Assembly: GCA_002633005.1 (NCBI GenBank)
Contig: NMRA01000114.1
Location: 742,412 to 806,411, forward strand
Length of the DNA stretch: 64,000 bases
Origin: Phoronis australis
Lineage: Eukaryota; Animalia; Phoronida
Reading direction: 5' to 3'
Below the pieces are notes generated by a model that made no database searches, was not told the origin of the DNA, and saw only the letters and a program-made list of their open reading frames with translations. The translations under genes and the position numbers were made by a program. Below, one piece after another: positions 25,333-37,206 of the stretch; the first letter of the stretch is position 1; each line of letters opens with the position of its first letter.

Positions 25333-25398
25333 AATTAAAGAAGTCTGCTGAAGAGTTGGAGAAAGCTGCAAAGGACAAACATGAAGCTGAGTGGGAAG
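25333..25398 (+). CDS. PRKCSH: PRKCSH exon (coiled coil)
   Basis: ELKKSAEELEKAAKDKHEAEWE, similar to vertebrate KEEAEKPEREAKEQHQKLWE; TTTAG/GTAGGA. Confidence 0.88.
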
Positions 25399-25986
25399 GT
25401 AGGATGCTTAGTGTTTGTCTGAGGCTGGCAAATAATGTCATGCTTTGAAGGAAGTAAAGCACCTTGCGCTGTTTTCTCTTTATTTTGAAATATATCTGTG
25501 TCATCATTGATACTCAGTGTGTTGGACCATTGATACTTGTTGCTAAATGGTAGAATGCAAAATAAAAAGGTGTAGTGTAAAAACCAACTATCTGCTCCGA
25601 ACGTTATTTATGCATCTCATTTCCAGTTGATTTTTATAGCTAAGCACAAGTCGGCGTAATGTTTCTAAACTAGAAGATATAGTTTGTTGGTCATGAAAAG
25701 TGTTCTTGTTGTGTTCAATTCACTACTAATTCAATGTTTGCTAGTTGACCGTTGTTATAGTTTTTCTGGATTGTTTTTTGAGAGTTCGTTTCCATTAAAA
25801 TTGCAGGTTTTATTTGAGTTTGTCCTCGATACAATCCACTGAAAAGCCATGCTGATGTATTCGCCTGTATTGTAAAAAAATCCTTGTTGCCCAACTTAAG
25901 CATTTTCTTTTAAGATAAAATTTGTTTTGTGAAACAGTCCTCTGATTTACCATATACACGTAAATAAGAACGTTTTTGTGCTTCAG

Positions 25987-26071
25987 AAATGAAGAAGAAA
26001 TTGCAGGCGGCTAAAGATGAACAAGATGCTGAAAATGCATTCATTGAATTGGATACAGATTCTGACAACAG
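25987..26071 (+). CDS. PRKCSH: PRKCSH exon (EF-hand 1)
   Basis: MKKKLQAAKDEQDAENAFIELDTDSDNR; CTTCAG/GTGGAG; 85 nt. Confidence 0.92.
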
Positions 26072-26616
26072 GTGGAGTAACCCTCGACATTATGTTAATC
26101 AGGAGGTCGTCATTTGCAAAATGGCCAAATCCCAGATCACGTTTCTAGAATCCAAGTCGCAGCTGTGGGTCCCAGTTTGCAAAACACTGTGGACTAAAAA
26201 ATATAAAAATATGAAAATCCATCAGCGAGCTGTTGATTTGGCAACTGTAAGTGATTCTGCGAGTATTTTATAATAATGGAATTAATGCAACGTGCCTCGA
26301 CTTACGTCAGTGATGTAGCGAAGTGTAAAATACTCGGTTTGCATGAGCTGAAATTCCCCAAGTCGCTCACGTGCAGCTAATGCAAGTTGGTCAAAATCTC
26401 ATTTCCGAATTGTTGATTGCAAATGCAACCAGCTGCTTGTTTTGTCAAATCCTGATTAGTGCGACTCATTTCAACGAGATGTTCAATAAAACAACACGGT
26501 TGACTATAATGTTTTGACCCCTGTCTATATGTCATCATCCTTTTGCTGGGCCACCTTCCCCCAGATGTGGCGCTGTGACAAACGATATCTTCATTACCGA
26601 TTTTTCATTATTTCAG

Positions 26617-26695
26617 GGTATCGTTAGACGAACTTCAGGCCCATTCAGAGTTTGATGCGGACAGCAATGGTGAGGTGTCTAGGGACGAAGCTAAG
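26617..26695 (+). CDS. PRKCSH: PRKCSH exon (EF-hand 2)
   Basis: VSLDELQAHSEFDADSNGEVSRDEAK; TTTCAG/GTAAGA; 79 nt. Confidence 0.93.
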
Positions 26696-26815
26696 GTAAG
26701 ATGGTGGTGACCCAAAGCGTGTTGTCTCCTCAAGACACAACCATGCTTCATGAGCTCAATTTTTCACTTCAAAAGTCAATTTGACTTTCTACAACCTTTC
26801 TGAGGTGTTGGCGTG

Positions 26816-27112
26816 TTACAACTATTATTAAAATCTCTTGGTCTATTTACACCAACTTCTTGTCTATTTACACTGTCATGACGTTTCAGTCGGTCTATTC
26901 TCCAACCATCGTCGGGTGTTCCGGCGTTCTTAGAAGAACGAGCACAGATATGTGGTACCCTCATGGTGTGATTTCCTGCCTCGGACGAACAAATACATCG
27001 TGAGTGTACCACAAATCCGTGGTTGTTCTTCTAAGAACGATGGCTGGAGAATAGACCGACCGAAACGTCGTGACAGTGTAAATAGACCAACAGATTTTAA
27101 TAATAATTGTAA
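26816..27112. mobile_element. ~300-bp hairpin MITE (long imperfect inverted repeat) in PRKCSH intron
   Basis: TCTATTTACACTGTCATGACGTTTCAGTCGGTCTATTCTCCAACCATCG ... CGATGGCTGGAGAATAGACCGACCGAAACGTCGTGACAGTGTAAATAGA; mirrored peptides in the ORF track (26776 - and 26952 +). Confidence 0.8.
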
Positions 27113-27585
27113 AAGGCAATTTAGCATTGGCATTTTTATGGACTCTGCATTTCGAAATCACTCTTCCATTGCCTCGTTTTCTCAACCAGCTGTCATATAC
27201 TGTCACCCAGTCAGACTAATTTCATAGGTGTTCACCGCATTTAGATCACTTCAACCTGCCATCTGGCTGGGTAACAGATTTTTGCTTGATTGCCGGGGTT
27301 ACTACAATCATCACATGTATTTTAGAGTATATTTTGATAACAGAATGCTTCCACGGTGTATGATGAGCCACCTATCATTCACAAAAACCAAACTTAATAA
27401 GCTGCTGCTGCTGGAAGTGTCTGTTCAAATGTCAAACTAGTAACTTGGTAACGTAATGTTCCGCACATGGGTATTATATTTTGCTGCACTTACGGGATTT
27501 CATGTGTTGACAGAGGAGGCGGGGAACTTCAACAAAATTAGGTGTTATTCTGTTGCTTCAATTAATACTCGCATTGTTTCCATAG

Positions 27586-27822
27586 CAATATGTTGAAGTG
27601 GATGATCCAGTAGACATCAAGTACTTCGCCGAAACTGTGTGGCCCAAGATCAAGACAATATTCCAGTTTGCGGCTTCCAGCACAGAGGCCCCACCTCCAA
27701 CCACTCCTCAATCGGTTGAAGCCCCGCCCACTGAGGATTCTGATGATGTAGGGGAGGGACCAGATGATGAGGAATATGGTGATGGTGATGATGATGAGGA
27801 GGAGGACAGAGACGGCCCAGAG
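27586..27822 (+). CDS. PRKCSH: PRKCSH exon (Pro-rich/acidic region)
   Basis: QYVEVDDPVDIKYFAETVWPKIK...DDEEYGDGDDDEEEDRDGPE; CCATAG/GTGAGG; 237 nt. Confidence 0.92.
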
Positions 27823-28007
27823 GTGAGGAATTGTGGGTAGTTTTTTCACGTAACTATGAAAATGTTCTCTAGAACATAAAATACAATGTGATACAATGAG
27901 TACTTTATGTTGTTGTCTTATGTTGTTTTGTATTCTATGTTTTTTTTTGATAAACAGCAATCAGTTGCCAATGCCTTGAACTGTGGTTGAGGTAATAGTC
28001 AGGTATA

Positions 28008-28084
28008 ACACGCTTGTATTTTGAGAACCAGTTTTCTCCACTGAATAACGGGCGTCAATCTGGTTCTCAAAATGTGGATACGTT
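28008..28084. mobile_element. ~80-bp hairpin MITE, family C copy 1
   Basis: ATTTTGAGAACCAG...CTGGTTCTCAAAAT inverted repeat; homologous copy at 62075-62160. Confidence 0.6.
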
Positions 28085-28206
28085 TTATCTGACTTTTGTC
28101 ATGGTTGACTCGGAATAAGATAGTTCTTATTCTAGCGAGTAGATGGCTTACCCATGGATGTCTAAACTTGATCTCTGCTGTTTTATAATGGCACTCTGCC
28201 TTTCAG

Positions 28207-28291
28207 GAACCTGAGAATGGAAAAACTGAGGAAGAGACTAAAGAACCTGAAATGCCCGACTATGACGAAGAGACGAAGAAACTAATGGAAG
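28207..28291 (+). CDS. PRKCSH: PRKCSH exon
   Basis: EPENGKTEEETKEPEMPDYDEETKKLME (conserved MPxYDE.T motif); TTTCAG/GTGTGT. Confidence 0.92.
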
Positions 28292-28349
28292 GTGTGTGTG
28301 TGCGTGTGCATGTTTGTGTGTGTGTTTGTGTGTGTGTGTGTTTGTGTGT
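28292..28349. repeat. (GT)n microsatellite beginning at the splice donor
   Basis: GTGTGTGTGTGCGTGTGCATGTTTGTGTG... Confidence 0.9.
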
Positions 28350-28711
28350 TAAAAGAGTGTAGGAAAGCTTCAGCACCCTTTACTTAACGGCTCCTGTATA
28401 TTGTACGTCTGCCATGGGATGGTATTTAACATTATAACACCACCAAAAACATACCTGCCACCCTATTTTACTAAATGTTCCTTTGGAAGAGTTTGGCTCG
28501 TGAACCAGTCAAAAGGCTTTGACAGTTGTGCTGGCCAATTGAGCTATCTTACAGGTATTAAATCAAATGCAGCCATTACAACGTTATGCTATTGTTGAAG
28601 TTTTCCTCTCCAATTAGAGTTTTATGATTAAAGAGTTCGGAATACAGTTTGCAATGTTTGAATGCGAGATTGTCTTGGTGATAAAACGTCGTTCGGTATC
28701 TCAAAAATCTT

Positions 28712-28810
28712 TTAAGTGTGGTCTGCACGCCGCTTATTACCCACATCACGTGACCTATTGAATATAAATCACGTGGTGTGGTCAACAGGTGTCGTGCAGA
28801 CCAGACTTAA
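28712..28810. mobile_element. ~95-bp hairpin MITE with TTAA at both ends
   Basis: TTAAGTGTGGTCTGCACG ... CGTGCAGACCAGACTTAA, with internal CACATCACGTGA / TCACGTGGTGTG symmetry. Confidence 0.65.
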
Positions 28811-28999
28811 AAATATTTGCGATCTATATTTCCAGGCAGGTTTAAGCTTTACATATTCATATATATTAGCATTGTTGATACGGAATAATAGGTCTAAAGC
28901 ATATGTAAAGTTCTTATGGAAATGTTTCATGTGTAAGTCTAATGGAGTTATATGGGTAAACCTTGTTCTGTCAGTTCTTAATATGTCTTATATTTTCAG

Positions 29000-29069
29000 C
29001 TGCTGAGAAGGCGCGGGCAGATTTCAATGAAGCGGAGAGCACGTTTAACCGTCTTGATGGTGAATTTAA
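29000..29069 (+). CDS. PRKCSH: PRKCSH exon
   Basis: AAEKARADFNEAESTFNRLDGEF, similar to AAQEARNKFEEAERS; TTTCAG/GTAAGT. Confidence 0.93.
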
Positions 29070-29332
29070 GTAAGTCTGGAATCTCACACTTGATTAGATA
29101 TGTTGGGGAAACTTAGCGTTTGTAGTTGAAACAGCTTTTACTATTGGCTTATTCACGAAGTGTGGTGCTTTGGAAGTAATTGTAATGGAATGCCTCATGC
29201 TCTCATAGCTTTGTTCTTTTGACTTAGAGAGAGTTTTGTACGGATTTGTCGGCAGAAAACAGATGAGTTTTCAGAGACTGTGAGAGCATTCAAGTTGAGC
29301 CGATGAACAGTCATTACAATTGTGTATTTGCA

Positions 29333-29500
29333 GAGCCGTGCATCTCAGTGATTAGTGCAATGTACTCGCAACTGAAAGGTCATGGGTTCAATCACTGCCT
29401 GTTGCAGCTGTGTAGTGTGCTCTTGAATAATTCACATAGTATTGACCTGTGTTGCCTCAGCCTACTCAGGTGAAACAGAGTAGCAGACATGGTTAGGAAG
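29333..29500 (+). mobile_element. Degenerate tRNA-derived SINE
   Basis: A-box-like TCTCAGTGATTAG, B-box-like GGTTCAATC, then GTGTGCTCTTGAATAA..CAC and CTACTCAGGTGAAAC.GAGTAGC resembling common invertebrate SINE body motifs. Confidence 0.6.
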
Positions 29501-29651
29501 TAGTCCGTATTGGGCTGGCGTCGAGTCCAGAGGGCGTTCAAAGACTCAAATTTGGTCTCACTACAAAAAATGGAGTTAGCACCTTGCCCAAAGAGTGTAG
29601 TCAGTACATTGAAATTGTTTGTGAATTATTGCATGTTGTATAATCTTTCAG

Positions 29652-29816
29652 TGACATCAACAAGTTCCTTGAGACTGACCTCGGTCCAAATGAGTCGTTC
29701 TACCCCCTGAAGGGTCAGTGTTTTGAATTCACTGACCGCGAGTACACGTACAGGATATGTCCGTATGATAAAGCCATACAGAAGCCTAAGAACGGAGGCT
29801 CAGAGACTCATTTAGG
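29652..29816 (+). CDS. PRKCSH: PRKCSH exon (MRH domain start)
   Basis: DINKFLETDLGPNESFYPLKGQCFEFTDREYTYRICPYDKAIQKPKNGGSETHLG; TTTCAG/GTAAGT. Confidence 0.97.
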
Positions 29817-29923
29817 GTAAGTGTAAACAGACAGGTGGATATTGATGGCTTTGGCAAAGCGCCAACGGCGCTAACAGCCCGTTTCACTTGTCACTGTAAC
29901 AGGGCATTAGGGGAAAAGACTTG

Positions 29924-30171
29924 TACCGTAAAATCTCACCAATGTCGGGCAAAAATAATCACCAAAATTGGTCTTTTTTCATTTTTCAAGCTCTTTTAAT
30001 ATTGTTTTGAATGTCCACAGTTGCTGGAGACATTGTCTGCAGGTATCTATGGCATAGACATTTATTGTGATATATCATTTATTTGGTGGTACTTATCTTT
30101 TATTAAAAAATGAAAACATAAATTTCACTTGTCCGCCATATTGTGTCCTAAATTGGTGAGATTTTATCATA
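29924..30171. mobile_element. Tc1/mariner-type MITE, family B copy 1
   Basis: TACCGTAAAATCTCACCAAT ... ATTGGTGAGATTTTATCATA TIRs with TA ends; further copies at 46436, 58366, 60207. Confidence 0.7.
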
Positions 30172-30543
30172 TTATGTTAATGACGTGCATTAATGAATTG
30201 TTTGTGCTCTGTTGTCTTAGAAAAGTATTTGTTCATGTTTTGGGGTGGAAGGCTTTGTTTTGGTTGTTTGATATAGGAATGCAGTAGCACTCAGTGACCG
30301 GAATGCGTAGCACTCAGTGACCTCATCTTTATCAATAGTGTATTGTGTGGAGAGCGAAGAATGCTGTGTTAAGTTAGTAATGTTCACATGTTATGTTAAA
30401 ACCTTTAAAGTGATTTCGTTTACCATTTCAATGAGTTTTTAAAGATGGAGAAGTTCGTTGCTTTAAGTCCTGGTTCATATTTTCATGTATATGCAATACT
30501 GCTGACGTTGATTGCACTACCATTTGTTTCTTGACACCTGTAG

Positions 30544-30643
30544 GTCTTGGGGTCGTTTCGATGGTCCTAATGATAACAAATATTCGGTGATGAAGTTCGA
30601 CCACGGCACCAAATGTTGGAATGGTCCGGACCGATCCGCCACA
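30544..30643 (+). CDS. PRKCSH: PRKCSH exon (MRH domain)
   Basis: [33 protein letters not shown] (CWNGPxRS motif); CTGTAG/GTAAGT. Confidence 0.97.
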
Positions 30644-31457
30644 GTAAGTTCTTAGAGCTCCGCACCTGCTTATAGTTGATTGGTTGTACAACAGTTTGTT
30701 GGGAAACCAGGGGGGGTGTGAAGTAAACTAAAGGGTTCTAGTTAGAAGATGCACCTGGGTGGTTGACATCTGCAAAATAATTGTAAAAAGTGTGAAACCA
30801 TAAAGCTTTAAATCTCTGTCTTCACCACATGTGAACACTAGGTGGCGCTGCATTAAGCACTTCCCTTTTTAAAACTGACTGAATTCTTTGAGATAATCAA
30901 GATCTGTCTGATAAGTGCTCTGTTTTTTTTTTTGGTTAGGTTCTCAAGCTTAGTCAGTCTTTTATTATGACTTATCAAGCCCAAAGAGGGCGGGCGGGAA
31001 CTACTCAACAAAGGAGCTGTAGTTACACTGCAGGAGTTTCTCGTTAATTTTGTTCTAGCTATTAAACCAATTTTTGTCATTCAGAGACTGAAAAGGGTCA
31101 ACTTTTAATGACGGATTCAGTTTTTATAAACCGCAGTTTCAAAAATGTCTTGCAATGTATTTATGTATTTTGTTTAACTTTGCTGTCATGGCAACCAATT
31201 CAGTCTATTCCCTAATCCAAAACAGAAGAATCCTGTCATAAAAGTCCATGAATTGGGGCAAGTAGCTATTCAAATTCCAACCTGTAAGAAGTATTCAATG
31301 TTGCCAATGGGGAATGAGACGTAGCATCTCATAGAATGTTATCCACCAAATACTGTGGCGCCATGTTGTGATACTGTGGCGCCATCTTGTGATGAAGTAT
31401 TCAATATGTCCTCCGTATATCTTATAAAATTGATGTATGCCCCTTCTCTTGTTCCAG

Positions 31458-31595
31458 GTATTTATCCATTGTGGAATGGAAAATGCACTGACGAGCGCTT
31501 CAGAACCAAATCGCTGCGAGTATCAGTTTGATTTGACTACGCCAGCAGTGTGCGACCAACCCACCGAGAGTTTTGACCCTCACGATGAACTTTAA
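31458..31595 (+). CDS. PRKCSH: PRKCSH last coding exon (MRH end, HDEL ER-retrieval signal)
   Basis: VFIHCGMENALTSASEPNRCEYQFDLTTPAVCDQPTESFDPHDEL*; TTCCAG acceptor. Confidence 0.98.
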   Translation, partial: VFIHCGMENALTSASEPNRCEYQFDLTTPAVCDQPTESFDPHDEL

Positions 31596-32464
31596 CCTTA
31601 AGATGATCACATAGGCATAATGATGAGGAACCAACGTTATAGGGCTTGGTGTCTGACCTCTGTATATTTTGAAGAGAACGTCCGCTGAATACCATGTGTT
31701 GATATTCATATACATGGAGGTAGAACACTCCACCTGGTGGACACTTTCTCTCCTGCTACATCAATGACATCATGTTAGCTATTAGTTTGGGAAACTAATT
31801 GGTGTGGTTACATAAATAGGTAACATAGTTCTTAGTGGGCTTGGGGTGTCTGTTTCATGAAAAATGACTGTTTAAAATCACCATTTACCATGTTTTGACA
31901 AGTGATTACATTGTCAGTATCATTAAACCTTCCTTTATGGATCTGCAAATCACAATCACACAGTCCAATATCCCAAAAACGAAGAAAAGTGACTTAATTG
32001 AAAGTCTCTAAATCTCATCCTACCTTATTGTCATAAACCACGCGAAAACGAGCTGCAATATCTTATGACTTTTCACACTAACCACAATTGAGGATGACCA
32101 GTAATGTGAATGGTTGTCCCGATTTTACATAGTACCGTATGTATCGACCAATAACTGCTTGTAACTGGAGATCAGCTGATTAACATATCATCTGATAATG
32201 ATTGTGGGTGTTCTAATTTGACTGCTGATCAACAGGTGATGTTGTTTTTTGGTGTTTTTTGAAATGAAATTTGTGATTTTAGGCATTTTAGGACTTAAGT
32301 CAGCAATTTTAACTTTGGCTCCCACTTCCCTGTGGCTGAATACATTTTTGTCTTGTATCTTTTAACACGTTTCACTTTAGAAATAGTTATGCACATTATC
32401 TGAGCATTCAGTTATTTTTATGGGTACATTTTCGGAGACCATGAACTTTTACTGACAGAAGTGA

Positions 32465-32699
32465 AATAAAAAAATTCCGAAATAGTTGTGTGGAGCTCAA
32501 GGCGGAATTTCTGACTTTAGTCATAAGTCGTTTTTTGTCAAATGCAGAAGTGTTAAGAGTACACCAATGATCCTGTAAAGTTGGTACTTAATGAGTGTTT
32601 CACATTGTGTTGTGTACTGTTGACATATTACAGTCAATCTTCGCATAATGTGTCCGAGAAATGAAATTCTAGATTGTCAAATTTCTTTACAAAAATAAA
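32465..32699 (+). terminator. Candidate PRKCSH polyadenylation signals
   Basis: AATAAA at 32465-32470 and 32694-32699, downstream of the stop codon. Confidence 0.4.
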
Positions 32700-33347
32700 T
32701 ATGTCATAAAATTTTAGTCTCTTACTAGCATTTTTGAACAACATTTTGGTTTCCAAAATTTACTGTTAAGTGATCCGCCTTTAGAAAAAGGAAAAATTTG
32801 CAATTATAGCAGTTTTGTGTGTAATAGTGCAGAATTACCCAACTATTATTTATGACCTCATGTCGGTGCTGGATGCAGAAAAAATGTGACTCTATACTGT
32901 TCTTTTGGGTGTTCTTTCGGTAAAAATCTCGCCACATTCGGACATAAAAAATTGTTAGAATTGTCACATTTCATGTTTCATTGGCTTCTAGTGTAAATAT
33001 TGTGTCTACAATTCTACAGAACATTGTTTTGTGGTACAGAACTTGAAAATGGTAAAACATTACTGTAGGGTTTCTTATCATTTATGAATTAATAAAATAT
33101 GTGTCTTAGATTTGTGAGTTACTGTAAAGTCTATGCAGCCTGTGCTCATATTTAAAACCTCAAGTGTTTGGTATTGTTTTTCAGTACCAAAGCTTATTAA
33201 CATTTTAACTAGTCTTTGTTCAAAGCCAGTGGCATCCCTTCGAAATTTTTTTGGTAAATTTGTAAAACTGTCTACCTTTAATGTCCACAAAAAATATAGT
33301 GGTGTTTAAACAATAAATATAACACCCCTCAACTAGGGTATTGGTAA

Positions 33348-33353
33348 TTTATT
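33348..33353 (-). terminator. Candidate polyadenylation signal of the minus-strand gene
   Basis: AATAAA on the - strand ~80 nt after the stop at 33433. Confidence 0.45.
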
Positions 33354-33432
33354 TCTATGGCTTACGGTGCTGTTTTTTGGTCAAATATTCCTTCTTGGCG
33401 TGTAACTGTTGTACTTGAAAAAGGCAACCATT

Positions 33433-34027
33433 TCATAAATTAAACACTGCCCTTGACATGCTGAGAGTTTGCGCTGTTGGGCGCTTGTAGTTCTTATAAA
33501 ATGACTTGCGTCGTGCTGCAAAATCACGGGGCAGTTCCAATTCAACCATGTGGCTACCGGACAGGGATCGACGAGGCTGAACCAAATTATTCTCAAAAGC
33601 CTCGTCTCCAACGTGTTCTCGCGCCATTATTGGTAGAGATGAAAAGTACTCCCGTTTCTGTTCTGCGTCTCTGCAACTATCGTGACTGTAGGGTGCACTG
33701 GTGCCGGAGTGGCATTTCATCGTCGAGGGAGTGTCGACGTTGAATTGACACGGATCGTATTGCTGTCGAGGAACCAACTGTTTCAAGCCTAATTGAGGCG
33801 AATACTGCAAATCGCGGTTGTCGGAGAGATTCAGCGCCATGGTAGAAAAACTGCTCAGCGTTCCTTTTCTCTTTGGAGTATCCAAGAAAACACTTGGAGT
33901 GGATGCAACTCGAGGTATGGAAACGTGCCTCTCGTTTGAGAAATGATCGCCGAATATCTTTTCTAGCGATTTCGAGCTGTGTCTCGCCTCGGTTTTTTCG
34001 CTTCGTACTTTAGTGGATGGTAGAGTT
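33433..34027 (-). CDS. Uncharacterised gene, terminal exon (model exon 8)
   Basis: Pyrimidine-rich acceptor ending TGTCAG, then 198 open codons TLPSTKVRSEK...SRAVFNL*; S/T/P/R-rich. Confidence 0.65.
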
Positions 34028-34928
34028 CTGACATCAAGAAAGAAACGAATATATTAGGTCGACTGCAGTTTCCAGGCTATCTTCATTCATCAATACCGCT
34101 TACCCATTCCACACTTTCAGACGCAGGAGAATTTACTTCTAACGTGGAGGATAGTATTGGCGATTTTAAACTTGTGTTACAAGTTCAACAACTGACCTTC
34201 CTATAAAACTGTATGCAATTTGATAATCTTGTGAACCTGTTAGTCCATAAATGCCCCCATTCTAATGAACATTTTCTGTTCTAAATCTGTTCAAGTGTGA
34301 TTAAAAAGAGAAATAAATCTGATTTATGATCGCCATCTTGTGGATATTTAGTTAACCACTGCATCTAATTTAAGCAGGCTATAGACATAAGTTCCATTAA
34401 AGAAACTGATTTTTGGGAGTTAGACCACTTACATTACAAAATTGATCTCGATTTGCTCCTACTTGGAATGAGAAGTGCTTTCGTGTCTTGGTGAAACGGG
34501 ATCTTTTATTGCTTGAGAACATACACAGAGCGCATAAAATGACAAGCCAACTACTTGAGCCTGCCTCGAGTTCATTAACGCTAGGACATCGTGAGATAAT
34601 GCCGCGTGTTTCAAATGAGAACAGGTGACTGGCTAGATTTTAGCTACCTCCAAGCGTAGGTCCTTGCGCTACTGAACACTCGCCTGGTCTAAAGCATTAA
34701 CGAATTACCGTTTTTTCGAGCCTAGAAATCAACTCTAATTTGACTGCGAAACATTTGAGAGATCAGTTTCGTAATGGTAAATTATGTGACAGTAGAGTTG
34801 TATAATCTCGATTTTTAATACTTTAATAAATTGGTCGAAATGATTACTTGAGCACTTCCTCGACATGAGTAGAGGACGCTTGCGTTTAATATTGAATCAA
34901 ATCATTTTTCTAAACATAAATCTCTTAC

Positions 34929-35002
34929 AAGTATTTGTCTATCCACTCGCCGGTGACGACAACTCTGGTATCCTCTCGTAATTTCTTTATGTAGTACCAG
35001 TT
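34929..35002 (-). CDS. Uncharacterised gene, model exon 7
   Basis: CTCTTCAG|NWYYIKKLREDTRVVVTGEWIDKY|GTAAGA; phase 0 to 2, compatible with both neighbours. Confidence 0.6.
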
Positions 35003-35157
35003 CTGAAGAGACAAATATAGTAGATTACCGAAACCGTATTGACTGGGTTGGGTTATAGTTCACTAGACGAAAGCGATGAATATCAAAGAGTTCCAATTCT
35101 GAAAATGTTATGATGCCATTCAAGTTTGAAAATGAATCGACGCAGAATTTTGCTCAC

Positions 35158-35512
35158 TTCCTGTTTTTTGGCAAGGTTGTATTGTTTAAATATTGCCGTC
35201 TTGATTTCGCTGGACGTCATCTCGCTGTTTCTCACGAATATTTTGACCAGCTTTCGTGTGGGAATCAACACGTTTTGGCTGGACACGTAGTTGACGTCTC
35301 GAAAACTGGACGAGGTCCCAATGCGTTCGATCTGCTTCCGTTGCTCCGAAGGCGTGGTCGACCAGGGACTTTCCAAACAAACCAGTTTTGGCCGTTCGTT
35401 GCAGGAGAGCGTTGGCGATGTAACGGTTTCTAACAACTCTGTTGGTTCCGTATCGATGGTTGAAGTTGACGGTTCAACCACAGGTCGTGCTGAATTTTTC
35501 TTTCTTCGTTTG
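35158..35512 (-). CDS. Uncharacterised gene, model exon 6
   Basis: GCCAACAG|KRRKKNSARPVVEPST...KLVKIFVRNSEMTSSEIKTAIFKQYNLAKKQE|GTGAGC; 355 nt open. Confidence 0.65.
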
Positions 35513-36338
35513 CTGTTGGCAATAAGATAGTTAAAGCGGCTTTAAATCAGCGTTTCTTTCAAGAATCGAAAGTTTTTTATATTTAGGCCACTTAATGCTA
35601 CGAAATTGGTCTCAACGATTTGTTCTTTATTCAAATTGGAAATGATTTATGGACATTTTGTCATTCGTCAGTTGAGACCATGCTCGACTCGTAAATTGGC
35701 ACCCAGCCAAATTTGTAGAGCTTGGTCTTGAGCACTGAACAATGCCAGTTCTTAGAAAGTCCAAAACTCATTATTTGACCATAAGGAATAATTTGATTTT
35801 GTTCTCAACCAAAATTTGGGTTATGTTCAAGGAAAGCGGTTTGTGGCCGCTCCTGAGGTGCGCGACGGTCATTTTGAGATTTCATAGTAGACTACAAAGG
35901 AATGACGTTGATCACGACATTCTTGCCGGTGTACACAAAGGCAACTGTGCTTTAGGCAATTTCAAATTGCTCGAGCGTGGAGGTCGTCACGTCACCTTTG
36001 TTCTGCAAATTACTCAGCCATAAAGGAGGCCAATTTCCTCAGTTTTGCCATGACGCTGCAAGTTCTCCCTGTTTTGTATTGATCTTCGTACCCATTATCT
36101 TACTTTTGTCGATCCATCGTGAACCAGAATCAATTTAGACACGAACATTTCTTGCGGCAGTCTAGTGCAGAATAGGACTCAAATTGCACATATAGACACA
36201 CGTTTTTGGTACTGGACAGCTCGGTGAAAGGTCGCGTAATTTCTTTCGTAGAGACACTAAATTTATGTACATGAACACGTACTGAATTTGTCGGATTCTT
36301 TTTGTACCTTTTTGTAATTACCAATTTCGAGAACTTAC

Positions 36339-36590
36339 ATGTACCGATACACTTTGGGTTGACTTCTAGTCTTGTGTACCGCCTGCGATGCAGCGCTCCG
36401 AGACGTTTCGGCGTTGTTGGAATAGTTCAAATCTTGAAAAATCGGCGTCGCGTCTTCCCTTCCTTTCGGTGTGTGGTGCTCAGGAGGGGTTCTGAAAGTT
36501 ACCGAGCGTGGGCTGTCCTCACAAATTCGGAATCTTTCCAAGTTCGAGATCGTCGCTGGGGAACGAGAAGCCATCTTCTTTTTCCGTCTT
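36339..36590 (-). CDS. Uncharacterised gene, model exon 5 (or first coding exon of a separate gene from ATG 36574)
   Basis: TTTTTCTAACGCAG|RRKKKMASRSPATISNLERF...KVYRY|GTAAGT; 252 nt, phase 2 to 2. Confidence 0.6.
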
Positions 36591-37206
36591 CTGCGTTAGA
36601 AAAAAATGTTATGACCAGCATAACACGCACCCCTGGTATTAAGTGACTTCAGATAGTCGCAAATTTGAAAAAAAATAAGATTGTTGACATGTTCTGTAAA
36701 ATTTATCAGAAGAGGTCTTAGGCAACTTAAAAATGTCCCCTTTTATATCACTCTGTTGAACACCTTAATTTCAGTGGGTAACGCCAACGTAGAAATTAGC
36801 TTAACTAACCTTTAGAACAATGTCGTCCACTAACCTACTATTTTCTTAAAGCGACAAAACCCCCGCTATTCACCATAAAATTTTCAATCTAGATCGCTAA
36901 TCGTTATGAAATTGCTCTCAAATCGTTTCTGTGTCAAACCGAAGGTGTTTTCAAGGCTTCGAGAGAATAGAATAACGCAAAACTCGGTAAGCCATATTTG
37001 TGAAATCTTCAAGTAGCACTGCGTTACTCGGTCATTTTATGACTCGCGGTTTTTGACTAATTTTTTTCTGAAAATCCGTGTTCATTCATAAAAGTTGATA
37101 AGATAAACGTCAATTTATTGCGACTTTCGAACTTGAAATATTCATGTTTTGACTATGTTCTGTGCTCAGTTTCTTGCAAAGTTAAGGCTCAGTAAAACAA
37201 AAACTT

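Noticed and set aside
29333-29400. tRNA gene
   Set aside because: Only degenerate A/B boxes, no cloverleaf, and followed by SINE body sequence; called as SINE instead.
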